Positions 24,788-37,090 of a DNA stretch of 64,000 nt are shown here, in pieces (position 1 is the stretch's first letter; each line of letters starts with the position of its first letter). The position numbers and the translations under genes are program-made. Source of the DNA: Lama guanicoe (Eukaryota). The DNA lies in the NCBI GenBank assembly GCA_013239625.1, contig MU054187.1:21641280-21705279 (forward strand). Direction: 5' to 3'. The notes under the pieces are model-generated. The model was not told where the DNA came from, did not search any database, and was given only the letters and a program-made list of their open reading frames with translations.

Positions 24788-25120
24788 TGGAATACTACTC
24801 AGCTATAAAAAAGAATAAAATCGTGCCATTTGCAGCAGTATGGATGGGCCTGGACATTGTCATACTATGTGAAGTAAGAGTAAGTCAGAAAGAGAAAGAA
24901 AAATATCATATGATATCACTTAATGTGGAATCTTTTAAAAAATGACACAAATAAACTTATTTACAAAACAAAAACAGGTTCACAGACAGAGAAAACAAAC
25001 TTACAGTTAGCAGGGGTTGGGGAAAAGAGGGGTTGGAGGGATAAATTGGGAGTTTGGGATTTGCAGATAATAACTACTATATATAAAATCGGTAAACAAC
25101 AAAGTCCCACTGTATGGCAC
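24690..25120 (+). mobile_element. L1 3' fragment carrying a (GATA)n microsatellite
   Basis: AATGTCCATCAATAGATG..GGAATACTACTCAGC..; abuts an MLT fragment. Confidence 0.8.
24730..24787. repeat. (GATA)n tetranucleotide microsatellite
   Basis: Direct reading of the sequence. Confidence 0.95.
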
Positions 25121-25980
25121 AGGGAAGCTGGAAGAAGCAAAGAACAAATTTTTCCCCCAGAGCAGCTGGAGGAAGTATGGCCCTGCCAAACACCTTGATT
25201 GCAGCCCAGTGAAATTGATTTTGAATTTTTGGCTGCAGAATTGTGTGAGAGAATAAACATGTTATTATAAGTCACAAAGTTTGTGGTAATTTGTGACAGC
25301 AGCCCCCCAAAAACTTATATATAAAGTGTTTGCTCAAAATACTCATGCAATTTCACTAATATGAGAAATGCTATGAAATGAAGCTTTTTTAAAACTCATA
25401 TACTAGATATTTTCACATGTCCAAGTACACAGATGTATGACTATTTTGAAATAGCTTACCACACAGAGAAAACTGAAAATGTAAGCTCCCAACTGAGAGA
25501 AGATACTCCTTCTGCTACTCCTCCTAAAATCATCCCAAAATATCAAGGTGTGTCATCTAAGCTCCAAGATGGCCCAAGTACTTCTCACCTCTTGACTTCC
25601 ACACCCTCAGATAGCCCCCTTCCATGCTGAATCAGGGCTGCTCTTGGGCAACAACATATGGAGGGAGCAGTGGTGTGTGACCAAGGCTAGATCAGAGATG
25701 GTTTTGCTGCTGAGGCTTCATCCTCTTGGATGGTTGAGATATTGTTCTCTGGTCAAAGCCAAAGTCCTTGTTAGAAGAACAATCAAGCAGTCCCACAGAG
25801 AGAACAAAATGCAGAAAACCCAACATGCCAATATCAATGCGATAGCCATCTCATGGCTACCCTGGAACTGGATTCTCCAACATCAGGCAAGGTTCACATG
25901 CTATAATCCAGCCAAGACCTGACTGCAACTCATGAGAGACCCTAAGCCAGAACTGCCCATCCAAGCTACTCCTGAACTCC
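25120..25980 (+). mobile_element. Two MaLR (MLT1-type) LTR fragments (~25120-25315 and ~25545-25980)
   Basis: ACACCTTGATTGCAGCCCAGTGA..TTGTGGTAATTTGTGACAGCAGC; CTCCAAGATGGCCC..GACTGCAACTCATGAGAGACCC. Confidence 0.7.
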
Positions 25981-25984
25981 CTTT

Positions 25985-28900
25985 TCTTTTCTTTCTCTTT
26001 AAAATTTTATTGTGGTAAGTACTTCATATAAAATCTATCTGTTAACCTATTTTTAAGTGGACAATACAGTATGATTATCTATGGCACAACGTTGTACAGT
26101 CAGTCTCTAGAATGTATTCATCTTGCATAACTGAAATTTTATACCCATTGATTAGCAACTTTCTGTCCTCCCTGCCCTCAGCACCTGGCCACTACAATTC
26201 TATTCTTTGGTATCGTGAGTTTGATTTTATGATCTGCTTTGCATACCGCATATAAGTAGAATCATTCAGCATTTGTCCTTCTGTGACTGGCTTATTTCAC
26301 TTAGCGTAATTCCCTCCAGGTTCCTTCATGTTGTTGAGCATGGAAAGATTTTCTTCCTTTTTAAGACTGAAAAATATTCCATTCTCTGTACATATCACTT
26401 TTTTATCCATTCATACATCAGTGGGCATTTACGTTGTTTCCATATTTTAATACAACAAACATGTCTCTCTTCGAGATCCTGATTTCAATTATTTTGGATA
26501 AATATTCAGAAAGGGATTCCTGGATCATATGATAGTTCTATTTTTAACTTGTTAAGGAACTTCCATACTATTTTTCTAAGTAGCTGCACCATTTTACATT
26601 CCCACCAAGAATGAACAAAGGCTCCAATTTCTCCACATCCTCTCACCATTTGTTGTCCTTTGTTTTTTGGTAATAGCCATCCTAGTGGGTATAAGGTGAT
26701 ATCTCACTGTATTTTCTGTATGCATCTCTTTGATGATAGTGACATCGAGTATCTTTTCATATACCACTTTGGCATTTGCATGTCTTCTTTGCGAAAGTGT
26801 CTATTTAGATCCTTTGCCCATTTCTAAACTGGGCTATTTGTTATTTTACTATTGAATTGTATGAGTTCCTTAATATATTTTAGATATTAACCCCTCATCT
26901 AGTTTGCAAATACGTTCTTCTGTTCTACAGGTTGCCTTTTCACCTGGTAATTTTCTTTGCTGTACAGAAGCCTTTTAGTTTGATGTAGTCCAACTTGTCT
27001 ATTTTTGCTTTTGTTATCTGTGCTTTTGATGTCACATTCATGAAATCATTGCCAAGATCAATGTTATGAAGCTTTTCCCTTATGTTTTCTTCTAGGAGTT
27101 ATACAGTTATAGGTCCTATATTTAAGTCTTTTGTCCATTTTGAGTTGATTTTGTATATGGTGTGAGAAAAGGGTCCAATTTCATTATTTTACATATAAAT
27201 ACACAATTGTCAACTTTCCCAACACCATTTGTTGAACAGATCATCCTCTCACCATTGCATAGTCTTGGCATTCTTATCAAAGATCAGACTACATATGTGT
27301 GGATTTGTTTCTAGGCTCTCTATTTTATTCCATTGTTCTATATGTCTGTTTTTATGCCCGTACCATACTGTTTTAATTCCTGTAGCTTTGTAATATACTT
27401 TGAAATCAGGTAGTATGATGCCTCCAGCTTTGTACTTCTTTTTCAAAACTGTTTTGGCTATTTTTGAGGTTCTTTTGATTCCATCAGAATTATAGAATTG
27501 TTTTTCTATTTCTATAAAAACTGCTAATGATGTTTTGACAGGGATTGCATTGAATCTATAGATAGCTTTGGGTAGTATGGACATTTATTAATATTAAGTC
27601 TTCCAATCCATGAGCACAAGATATCTTTCCATTTATTTGTGTGTAATTTCTTTCATCAGTATGTTGTAGTTTTCACTATGCAAGTGCTTTACTTCTTTGT
27701 TTAAACTTATTTCTAATTATCCCATTGTTTTTTATGCTATTGTAAATAAGACTGTTTTCCAATTTCCTCTGCAATTAATTGGTTATTATGTATAGAAACA
27801 CAACTGGTTTTTGTATGTTGATTTTTTATCCTGCACGTTTACTGGAAGCAATCATTAGTTCTAACAGCATTTTTTGGTGGAGTCTTTAGCGTTTTCCACC
27901 TATAAGGTCATGTCATGTTCAAGAAGAGACAATTTTACTTCTTTCTTTCCAATTTGGATTTTTTTATTATTATTATTTTTTGTTGGCTAATTGCTCTGGC
28001 TAGGACTTTTAGTACAAGCTGAATAAAAGTGCTGAAATTGGACATCCCTGTCTTCTTCCTGATCTTGGTGGAAAAGTGTTCAGTTTTTAATCACTCAGTA
28101 TATTAACTTGAGCTTGTCATGCATGGCCTTTATGATGTTGAGATAATTTCCCTCTTTTCCTAGTTTTTTTTAAAGAGTGCTGAAACTTATGTACTACTGT
28201 ACATCTAACATGTCTCAGTGAAAAAAGAATTGTATCGAATGGTTTTTTTTTCACATCTATTGATCAAAATTTATTTTTTATCCTTAATTTTTTGTGTATC
28301 ACATTAATTGATTTGTATATTTTGAACCATTCTTGCATACTGGGGATAAATCCCACTTGGTCAAGGTGGATGATCCTTTTAATGTGCTGTTGAATTCAGT
28401 TTGCTAGTATTTTGTTGAGAATTTTCATCTATGTTCATCAGGGATATTGGCCTGTAGTTTTCTTTTGTTGTTGTTTCTTGTCTCATTTGGTATCAGGTTA
28501 ATGTGGCCTCACAAAATGAGTTAGAAAGTGTTCTCTTTTCTTCAGCTTTTGGGAAGACTTTGAGGATTGGCATTTTTTCTTTAAATGTTGGGTAGAATGT
28601 TCTACTGAAGCCATCTCGTTCTGGTCTCTTCTTTGTTGGGAGGTTTTTGAATGATTCAATCTCCTTACTAGTTATAGGTCCTTTCAGATTTTATTTTTAT
28701 TTTTATTTTTATTTCTTCATGATTCAGTCTTGATAGGTTGTATATTTCTAAGAATTTATCCACTTCTTCTAAGTTATCCAGTTTGGGACATACAACTGTT
28801 CATAGTTGTCTCTTATGGTCCTTTGTGTTTCTGTGGTATCAGTTATAATGTCTCCTCTTTCATTTCTGAACTTATTTATTTGAGTCTTCTCTCTTTTTTT

Positions 28901-29340
28901 ATCAAGTGAAAGTTTTTCAATTTTGTGTTTTCAAAAAATCCAGCTCTTTTCTCTTGTTTTTCTAGTCTCTATTTCTTCTGCTCTGATCTTTGCAATTTCC
29001 TTCCTTCTGCTAAGTAAGCTCCCCTTTTTCATGTTCCTTGAGGTATAAAAGGAAGGCTGTTTATTTGATATTTTTCTTTTTTGTAACATAGGCATTTATC
29101 ATGATTAACATGTCCCTTAGAACTGCTTTTGCTGCACTCTATACATTTTGGTATGCTGTGTTTCCATTTTTGTTCATTTCCAGATTTTTCAAAATTTCCT
29201 TTTGATTTCTTCTTTGACCCATTTGTTGTGGAAGATTTGCCACATACTTGTGAATTTTACAGTTTTCCTCTTGTTATTAATTTCTAGTTTCATAACATTT
29301 CAGTTGGAAAATATACTTGGTAAAATTTCAGTCTCTGAGT
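25985..29340 (-). mobile_element. ~3.4 kb L1 (3' end through ORF2)
   Basis: ORF 27249-27584(-) MSILPKAIYRFNAIPVK...KAGGIILPDFKVYYKA; T-rich + strand; tail at ~25985. Confidence 0.92.
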
Positions 29341-29577
29341 TGTGTTGCCCTGGGTGAAAGATGACGTGGGTAAAGTCAAGATGTTTGTCTTACCTTCTTT
29401 GATCCATGCAATCTTAGAGGTTTATTTTCTTTCACTCTAACAGTGTGAGCCTCTTCTTGACTCCTGGAATTCCACAAAGGCTCTCTCATCCATGGTTAAT
29501 TACATCAGTGTTCTTTTAAGAAAGATGGTAGAAAACTCCTATTCCACCATCTTAATGATAAAACTCCCCTTTTAGTT

Positions 29578-29990
29578 AGTTATAATTCTAACACATTGGC
29601 CGCAGGTCAGAGTTTAGCTCCAGGTCCAGTTCAAAATTCTTTCAGATGACCTAGTATTCAGGCTTTCTAAGCTAGTCTATTCTTATCTAACAGGCTTGCA
29701 TTGGAATCAGGGGCATAGCACTGAGACACCAAAACAAAATTCCATTGCTCCTTGAATGAATAATTCACCTAGGACATGGTAAGCATTCAACAAAAATAAT
29801 CAAGTGAGCTCAGAATGTTTAAGTCACTTTCTTTTTTTCTATATGTTATAATGAAGCACTTTAAAAGATTATGTCAATATTTATTTTTTATAAATGGCCT
29901 CTTTTTTTTTAATAGGAGAGCTGAAATCCTAGTGAAAATATATCCAAATGTGTGGCTACCCTTATGACATTGTATTTCTTATTGGTTAAC
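29578..29990 (+). pseudogene. Relic of the intron-1 3' end + exon 2 of an SLC7A12-like paralog (copy B)
   Basis: Colinear with 13901-14315 (AGTTATA.TTCTA..TTGGCCG, GACCTAG, CATTCAACAAAAAT). Acceptor TAG|GAGAGCTGAAA at 29916, then a 2-nt deletion, then ENISKCVATLMTLYFLLVN. Confidence 0.85.
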
Positions 29991-30536
29991 AGTAAACAGC
30001 AGCACCAGAAAGACACTCATTTGTCTCCAAAGGATAAACTCTTTCAGCTGATTTTGCAAGAAGAGCAACTTTGCTCACTTGAATGCGAAACTTACATTCT
30101 TTCCATTAAACTACAACTTCTTGTCTGGATACTCATCTACAAAGTATTATTTCAGTTAAATAATATTATTGTTACACCTCCAGAGGAGACTTCACCCAGA
30201 ACTGTTGATATTGTCCTTTGTTAATTAGCTGTGACTTGTTCAGTGGCATAGATAATTTTTAAACAATAATTGCTGTGTGAAACATTTTAACTGTGGCCTT
30301 AAAAGAGGTCACAGAATCATAGAATACCTCACAAGTTAATCATTTCTGAAACCAAGTTAGGTTCAATAATAAAATGCTTGTGGAAGAATGAGATGGCTAA
30401 ATTAAGGGAATGTCACCATTTGGGGAGACTTCCAGGAACATGGAAGAAAAGTGTAAAGACACAGCAACCCATGTGAGAGTTTAAAATTATTTTTTAAATT
30501 ATATTTCCTTTTTTAAAAAAGGAAAAGAGCAAAAGC

Positions 30537-30895
30537 ATGCAACTCCTGAGGGTAATAGGATTCTTCCAAGGAAACATTTTAGTATTTATTGCCACAACTG
30601 GAGCAGGAATCTTTGCGTCTCCTGGAAAGGTATTTAAATATTCCCTACTGAACAGAGCTGTCTCCCTGAGTATTTGGGCTACTTGTGCTGTGCTGATGGT
30701 GACCACCACCCTCAGGCACGCAGAGCAAGGGACACCTTCCCTAGGAGTGGAGCAGCGTATTATTTTCTCAAAAGACCTCTTGGATCCTCTGTTGCTTTCC
30801 TTAGTCTTTAGATCAGACTTTTTGTTTATCCCTTTAGAATGGCTGCTCAAACATTGCTCTCTGGCTATCTATTTCAGTGTTACTATGCCAGGTTC
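30537..30895 (+). pseudogene. SLC7A12: Truncated exon-1 relic of SLC7A12 (copy C)
   Basis: MQLLRVIGFFQG...GAGIFASPGKVFKYSLLN...HAEQG; 1-nt deletion at ~30733, then TFPRSGAAYYFLKRPLGSSVAFLSL*IRLF (TAG 30809-30811) ...GYLFQCYY; homology is lost afterwards. Confidence 0.88.
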
Positions 30896-31019
30896 TAGGT
30901 GTCCATGGAGCATAGATGGGGAAGCAGGAGCCAGTAGAGGTATAGTGACAGAGGACTATAAAAAAAAATTTTGTAAATTAATTTTATTGTTTACTTATGT
31001 GAGCAGTTTCTCATTGATG

Positions 31020-31540
31020 GTGCTGATGAAAATAACCAGTAAATAATCTATAATAGGAATAGAAAAGAGTTTTCTTTGAGCCAAACTGAGGACAATAGCC
31101 TGGAAGAGAGCCTCTCAGATAACTCTGAGGAACTGCTCTGGAGAAGCATGGTTTTCAGCACAGTTTTATATCTTGTCAGAACAAAGAATATTAAACAAAT
31201 CAGGGAGACATTTTTTCAAGGTTTCAAAAAAAAAAAACAAAACAGATCAGCATGTTCATGGAGAGTCAGTACAGCCTTGGCACCTGGGAAGGGAGCCTTA
31301 TCATGGAAAGAGTACCAGCATTGGTGTCCCAGGAAGGGAGACATTTAATCTTTATTTTTAACATCGATATGCTTTATTTCTGGTCAATGCACGCTTTTCT
31401 TTAATAATTAAAGAAGCTGTACAGTATATGTTTGATAGACCACAAACAGGCTGTTCTAGTTAGCATAAAGTTCAAGTTAACCTACGAATAAGCCAAAATG
31501 ACTTTTCCATTCAATATGTGAAAATTTCTTTTATTAGTGA
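31020..31540. mobile_element. Solo LTR
   Basis: Terminal blocks TTTGAGCCAAACTGA and ATGTGAAAATTTCTT shared with the 35436-36010 element. Confidence 0.65.
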
Positions 31541-34167
31541 CCATCAAGAACTTGAAGAGAACATAATTAAAACCTTTTGAATAAAATTTTAGTCATTTCA
31601 AATATAAAAATCTTTTTCACCTTCAAAATTAATGTTCAGAACCATTTACATTTTAGAATAATTTCATCAAGTTCCATAAAAGATTCTGTTGTGATTCTTG
31701 TGATGGAATTTTATTTGAAGCATATTTGGAGAAAAGTGACATTTTTACAATAATGATTATGCTTTCTCCTGATTAAACTTTTGGTGGGAGGGGAGTCTTT
31801 CTATAAACTTCACTTTTCTGCACAAAATTTTGCACATTTTCTGTTAGACTTTTTCCACAGCTTACAATTTTTGTTGCTATGTCTACTAGAAAACCCAAGG
31901 GGATCTATGGAGAAAATCATATTCTCCACAAATAGAAGCAGTTTATCTCTTCTTTTTAAATTCTTAAAACGTATTTCTCTTTCTCATAGCATTGGTTATA
32001 GCTCATTTTAAAAGAAGAACAGGAATCCTTCTTTGGCTCATGACTCTAATGAGAATATGTCTAATGTTTCATATAAAGTATGATATTTGCTGTAGGTGTT
32101 TGGAAAATGCTCTTTAGCTAACACATCACGGTCTACTCTTAACTTGCTAAGATTTTAATTATGAAAGAATACTGAATTTACTAAATAACCTTCAGCTTCT
32201 TTAAGATAATAATGTTTTTCTTCATAATCAACGAAGGTAGAGTATATTTTGTTCTTTTTTTTTTTAGCTCAATGAATCTCCCCTCTTTTTTTCTATTAGT
32301 CTAGCCAACAGTTTGCCCATTTATTTTCATAAAATCAACCCTGTTTTGTAGATTTTTCCCATGGTTTTTCTAGTCTGTTTCTCTTTCTTCTGAAGCCCAG
32401 AGTCTCTGACTCCCTCTGGTGTCCGGCCGCTGTAACTAACCAGGGGCCAGGGCGGGAAGGCAGCTCCTCTGATCTCCCTGCTTTCCTGGGAGAAGCCTCA
32501 CATCCTGTGCCTTCTCCAAGCTAGCAGAGCTGGGCCTGGGTGCACAGCAAGCCTCTTTGCCTTTGTTCTTAGATGGACCCCAAATTCCACAGATTTATAA
32601 TGGGATGCTTTGATTATCATACAGATATAAACTATAATTTACATTTATTTAGGAGTATGATTATTAAATGCCAAGCTACCAAATCTTTATTTTGGATGGG
32701 AACTTCAATATTTCACTCAAATGTATGTTACTGTCGTCAGTGAATGTGTCCCATATGACAACAAACTTTTTTGAGATTTGTCGTGATTTTTTTGTAATCT
32801 GCTGAATGTTTAATTTTATTACAATAAATTTTTTTACTACTCATGTTCACATATATGTACATGCATGGACATGAGTAAATGGAGATATTAGAGAATAACA
32901 GCAGTGTCTTTCTGTAGTAGTAAGATTACAAGTGATCCTTATTTCATTTTCTTATACTTTTCAACATTTTCCATAAGTAGCATATACTATTTTTATCAGA
33001 AAAAAATTTAATTCCAAAAATTATGTTTCCAAATAATATAGTAATGAATTTTTATAACAACAAGATGTTAATAATATGTTAAATTATGTTTAACATAATT
33101 TAAGGATACAGCAAATAGTATAAGGACTATATTAGAAAATATTTCACCAAAATTTAAATTTTTAAGAACTAGTTATTTTTGAAAAAAGTCCAATTATCTG
33201 GATATTCATTTTCTGAAAAGACTTAATTCTCCAAATATTTTGGATAGATAAAGTAAAACACCAACAAAACACAAATTGTAAAAATATTGTATTTGCTATA
33301 AATCTTGACAGAGAAATGTATAAACAGCGTATGTTTGCAGGGGGTGGGGTACCCAACTAAGTAAGCATAATTCAGGAGTAATGGAAGTTTTTTCAAGGCC
33401 AGAAGTCACAAAAGGGACTGATCTGATGCAACTATGCCACTGACCTGATGTTCGGCACTGTGATCTGAATGTATTACATCATCATAAAATTTTTAAAGCT
33501 TTGGATTTTATTTTGAAAAAAGCTTACATATACTTTATACAGTTAAAAAGCAAAATGGTGGCTTACTGTATCTTGTCTGAAACATTAGCATAAAAGTGCT
33601 AGTTGATTCTAACAAAAAAAGACAAATGCAAATTATAGAATGTAATACCACCATTACATTTTGATCTCACAGGAATGTGGTAAGACACAAAAGGATATTC
33701 AAAAACTATAAAGATGAAGAAAAAGAAGAAACAACTATAATTGCCTTATACCCTGCATCCAAAGTAGTAAACAAAGTTTATAACATCTATCTTATTCACT
33801 TCTCCTCAGGTATCTTCCTCTCTCATCAGTCCCACCCCTTTGTCCAAGCCTTCATTTTTCTCATCTAGTTTCCTGCAACTGTCTCCTAATATATACACCC
33901 ACTCGCAGTCTTTTCCCTCCAAGACAGCCTCCACTCAGTTTCTAGACATAACGTTGTAAAACTCAAATCTAATCCTGTCAGTTCCTTGCTCCGCCATCCC
34001 ATTTTCTTGCATCTCCTAATCTCACTCTCACAGTTGCTGCAACCACCGTGTCATCACCCCATCACCACCTTCCTTAAGACCAAATATCAACTCCTAAGCT
34101 GACCATTGCAGGTTCTCCAAGATCTGATTCAAGCCTAACTTTCTATCCTAATCTCTTACCTCCTCAG

Positions 34168-34168
<1 letters not shown>

Positions 34169-34198
<30 letters not shown>
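34169..34198. repeat. (CA)15 microsatellite within an L2 remnant (~33760-34330)
   Basis: Direct reading; pyrimidine-rich L2-like flanks. Confidence 0.9.
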
Positions 34199-34202
<4 letters not shown>

Positions 34203-35435
34203 TACCACACATCAGCCTTTCTAAACACCTTAATATTTCCAGAATAGACACTATTCTCTGTGCCTCCCCAACAGTGACACCTCACTGCCCCACAGCCTGA
34301 CTGCCTATCTCATGCTTGATGGCACACTAGTAAGACTGATTCCAAATCTATTACCCATTTTGCACCCATGAGGACTTCACAGATCCCATGGAAAGCAAGA
34401 AGAGCAAGGCAGGCTGAAGTGCAGTTTAAAAGTACAAAATATGAAATAAAACTGCAAAGTGGAGTCATTGAAAAGTGTCGATTACAGATTATTTAGAATA
34501 TGAATGATAGGCTTTTTGAATTTTAGAACTGAGATCTATAGAAACTAACAAATTTTGTTTTTGCAGAAAAAGAATTAGAAGTAAATCTGAAGGTTTCTAA
34601 GCATTTGTGATTTTAACTGGCAAATACTATAAACATAAATTCATCGAATTATCATTTTGAAAAGACAAGCAATATTTAAGTGCTGAGGAAACCCAGATAC
34701 AATCTACAATTTTTAAACTCTAAACTATAATCAATATTTTGATTGATCAGTTAAGATAATTATGATGTCCATAATTTGGAAGAAAGATGCAGTACATTTA
34801 ATATCATCACAGAATAATTTATTTCTTAAATCAGTTGTTTGTCTTGGGTTAGACTACAATACTTACCCTCATTGAAAAAAATCTCTATTTTAATAGCTAT
34901 TCAGTTATAGTGTTAGTGACCTACCAGTCATCTAATTCTACATGACATATCTCTGCCAGAATTTACTGACTTAAAACACAACCCCTATTTATGTCTATTA
35001 TTTGGCAATTTGGGCTGGGTTCAGGTAAGTGCTTCTGTGTGTCCTTAGTTGTGGTGACTTGTTTCTGCTCTATGTAGCTTGCTCAAACGGCAGCTCAGGC
35101 AGTCTTCCAAGAGAGAGAGCCAAAGCATGCAAGATGTCTTGAGGCCTGGCACTAGACATCTTGGGCTAGCACTAGAATTCCAATGAATCCATTGGCCAAA
35201 AAAAAAGTCATATGTAAGCCCAGAATCAAGGAGCCTATAGAGTTTATACCTCCACCTCTTGTTGGAAGGAGCTGAAGACATATGGTGAAGCATGTAGTTA
35301 TAGGAAACAGGGAATTGTGGTGACAAGCTTTAGAACATGATAGATACATCTAAACAACAGGAGACTAATGACAGTTAAGTCCAGAAGTATCTTCAATGTT
35401 AGATTAGAAAGTTAGGCCTTTATTTGATGACTAAT

Positions 35436-36010
35436 GTTGGCATGCATAATCGATAAACAATCTATAATAAAAAAAGTTTTATTTGAGCCAAACTGAAAAC
35501 CATAGCCCAGAAGACACAGATTCGAAAAGCACCTGAATTATGTTCTGCTGGGCTACAGAATAGGGGGAGCTTATGTAAGTCATTTTTCAAGAAGTAGGCT
35601 TGAGGCTGGCAAGAAGAGTGCTTGTTAAGCAGGGACTGGTTGGGGTCTGAAATGGTTGTATATTTACAAGGGGAGACCTTGAGACCATAAGGTTGCAGTT
35701 GGCAGCTGCTAGCCGATATTGTTTTGAAAACAGCGGTTGGTGTCCTTGAGTTTGAGAAAATTCAAGTTCTCAATGATGCAGGAATGTGTCTGAAACTACA
35801 TCCACAATGGCCACCTAGCCCAATTTTGAATGCTTGAACCACAGTTACTCCATTTTGATTTTTAAATGCATTCCTTTTTCTCAATGGTTAAAGCAGGTGT
35901 ATAATGCATGTATGACATAAAGTAGGCTGTTCTAGTTGGCATAAAGCCAAATCATATATAACCCAGAATGACTTCCCCATACCTCAACATGTGAAAATTT
36001 CTTCCATCCC
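35436..36010. mobile_element. Solo LTR related to the 31020 element
   Basis: Shared AATCTATAATA, TTTGAGCCAAACTGA, AGGCTGTTCTAGTT.GCATAAAG, AATGACTT, ATGTGAAAATTTCTT. Confidence 0.65.
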
Positions 36011-36589
36011 TAATCAGGAACCACTACGGATTTCAGTTCAGGACAATGACAGGTTCAGAGTTGAGATATACCTTTTTTCTCCTTTTCAAAATATTCCCAT
36101 GACTCAGAAAGCCATCTAACCAGGAAGGTTCTTTGACCTTATACCGCATAACCTAGCAAGACTTTGCTCAGTCATCAGTAACTTCCTTCTGGAAAACTTC
36201 CCCACCACCCACACGTCTATACAGTTGGCTTAAATGCTCCTGGGCTATTCCTAGCACTCGCACAGCAACTTTTGTTTCCTCCACTGACCTGTGACCGCTT
36301 CCAGGGACAAGAATGGGCTTCATCTTATTCCTCCTTGCATAGGGAAGTGCCTGGCACAAGGAAGGCATCCCACAAAAGTTTGTGGAATCAACAGCAGGTG
36401 CAATGGCCTGTGGGGGAATAAGTTATAGGTATGCAAGGCTACAGGTCTGTGAAAACTGCTGTGAAAGCGCTTTCAGAAGTCAGTGGCCCACAAGGTAAAA
36501 ATCACACAGAAGAGCCACAAGCCAGAGACCCATTCATTCCTCAACAATCACACACCAGGTAAGGTGTTTCGCTTTACGGCAAGTTCCAA

Positions 36590-37090
36590 GCGTTGCTCAG
36601 TAGATACCGTAAAAGGGAGGGGAGCCCTAGGTGGGGAAGCTGGAACTTCCGGCTTTGCGACACCGTCAGGGCGGGAAAGTGCCCGCTGTCGGTTGGAGGG
36701 AGGGTCCTCGCCCCGCCCCCTCGGGCCGGACTTCCGCGCAGCCGGGAGGCGTGGTCCGGGCCCTCGGACCCAGCGCTGGGCGCCGGTTAAGGCCCCGCTC
36801 CCCGTCGCCGGGGCCATGGAGGCGCCGGTGGAGGCGGAAGTCGAGAATGAGGACGGCGACAGCAGCTGCGGGGATCTGTGCTTCATGGACAAAGGCCTGC
36901 GGAGGTAACGGGCGCTCCGCGGCCGGGGGCGGCCCGCGCACGGCCGGGCAGGGGCCCCGGTGGAGCGGGGGCGCGGGCGGCTTTACCCGGGCCGCACACA
37001 CAACAGGCGTCTGGCTGTTGCCCGTCCATCTCCCCCGAGACTGTGCTGCCGAAATGCCGGGTCGAAGGAGCCCTCGCTCCTTTCCTCCGT
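36590..37090 (+). promoter_or_regulatory. LRRCC1: CpG-island promoter of LRRCC1 with ETS/GABP, E2F and Sp1 motifs
   Basis: Abrupt GC/CpG-rich segment in an AT-rich background; ACTTCCGG 36645-36652, GGCGGGAAA 36670-36678, CCCCGCCCC ~36711-36720; strong Kozak GCCATGG at 36816. Confidence 0.85.
36816..36904 (+). CDS. LRRCC1: LRRCC1 exon 1 (coding part)
   Basis: ATG 36816; donor AG|GTAACG; 89 nt. Confidence 0.93.

Noticed and set aside
30537..31046. 169-aa ORF as a functional short transporter
   Set aside because: Homology leaves this frame at ~30733; the rest is out-of-frame read-through.
36593..36608. Possible RFX X-box (GTTGCTCAGTAGATAC) in the LRRCC1 promoter
   Set aside because: Spacer is longer than in canonical X-boxes; too weak to call.
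36483..36815. 111 open codons in frame upstream of the LRRCC1 ATG (possible N-terminal extension)
   Set aside because: No upstream in-frame ATG, GC-rich sequence is stop-poor, much of it is probably upstream of the TSS, and ATG 36816 has an optimal Kozak context.
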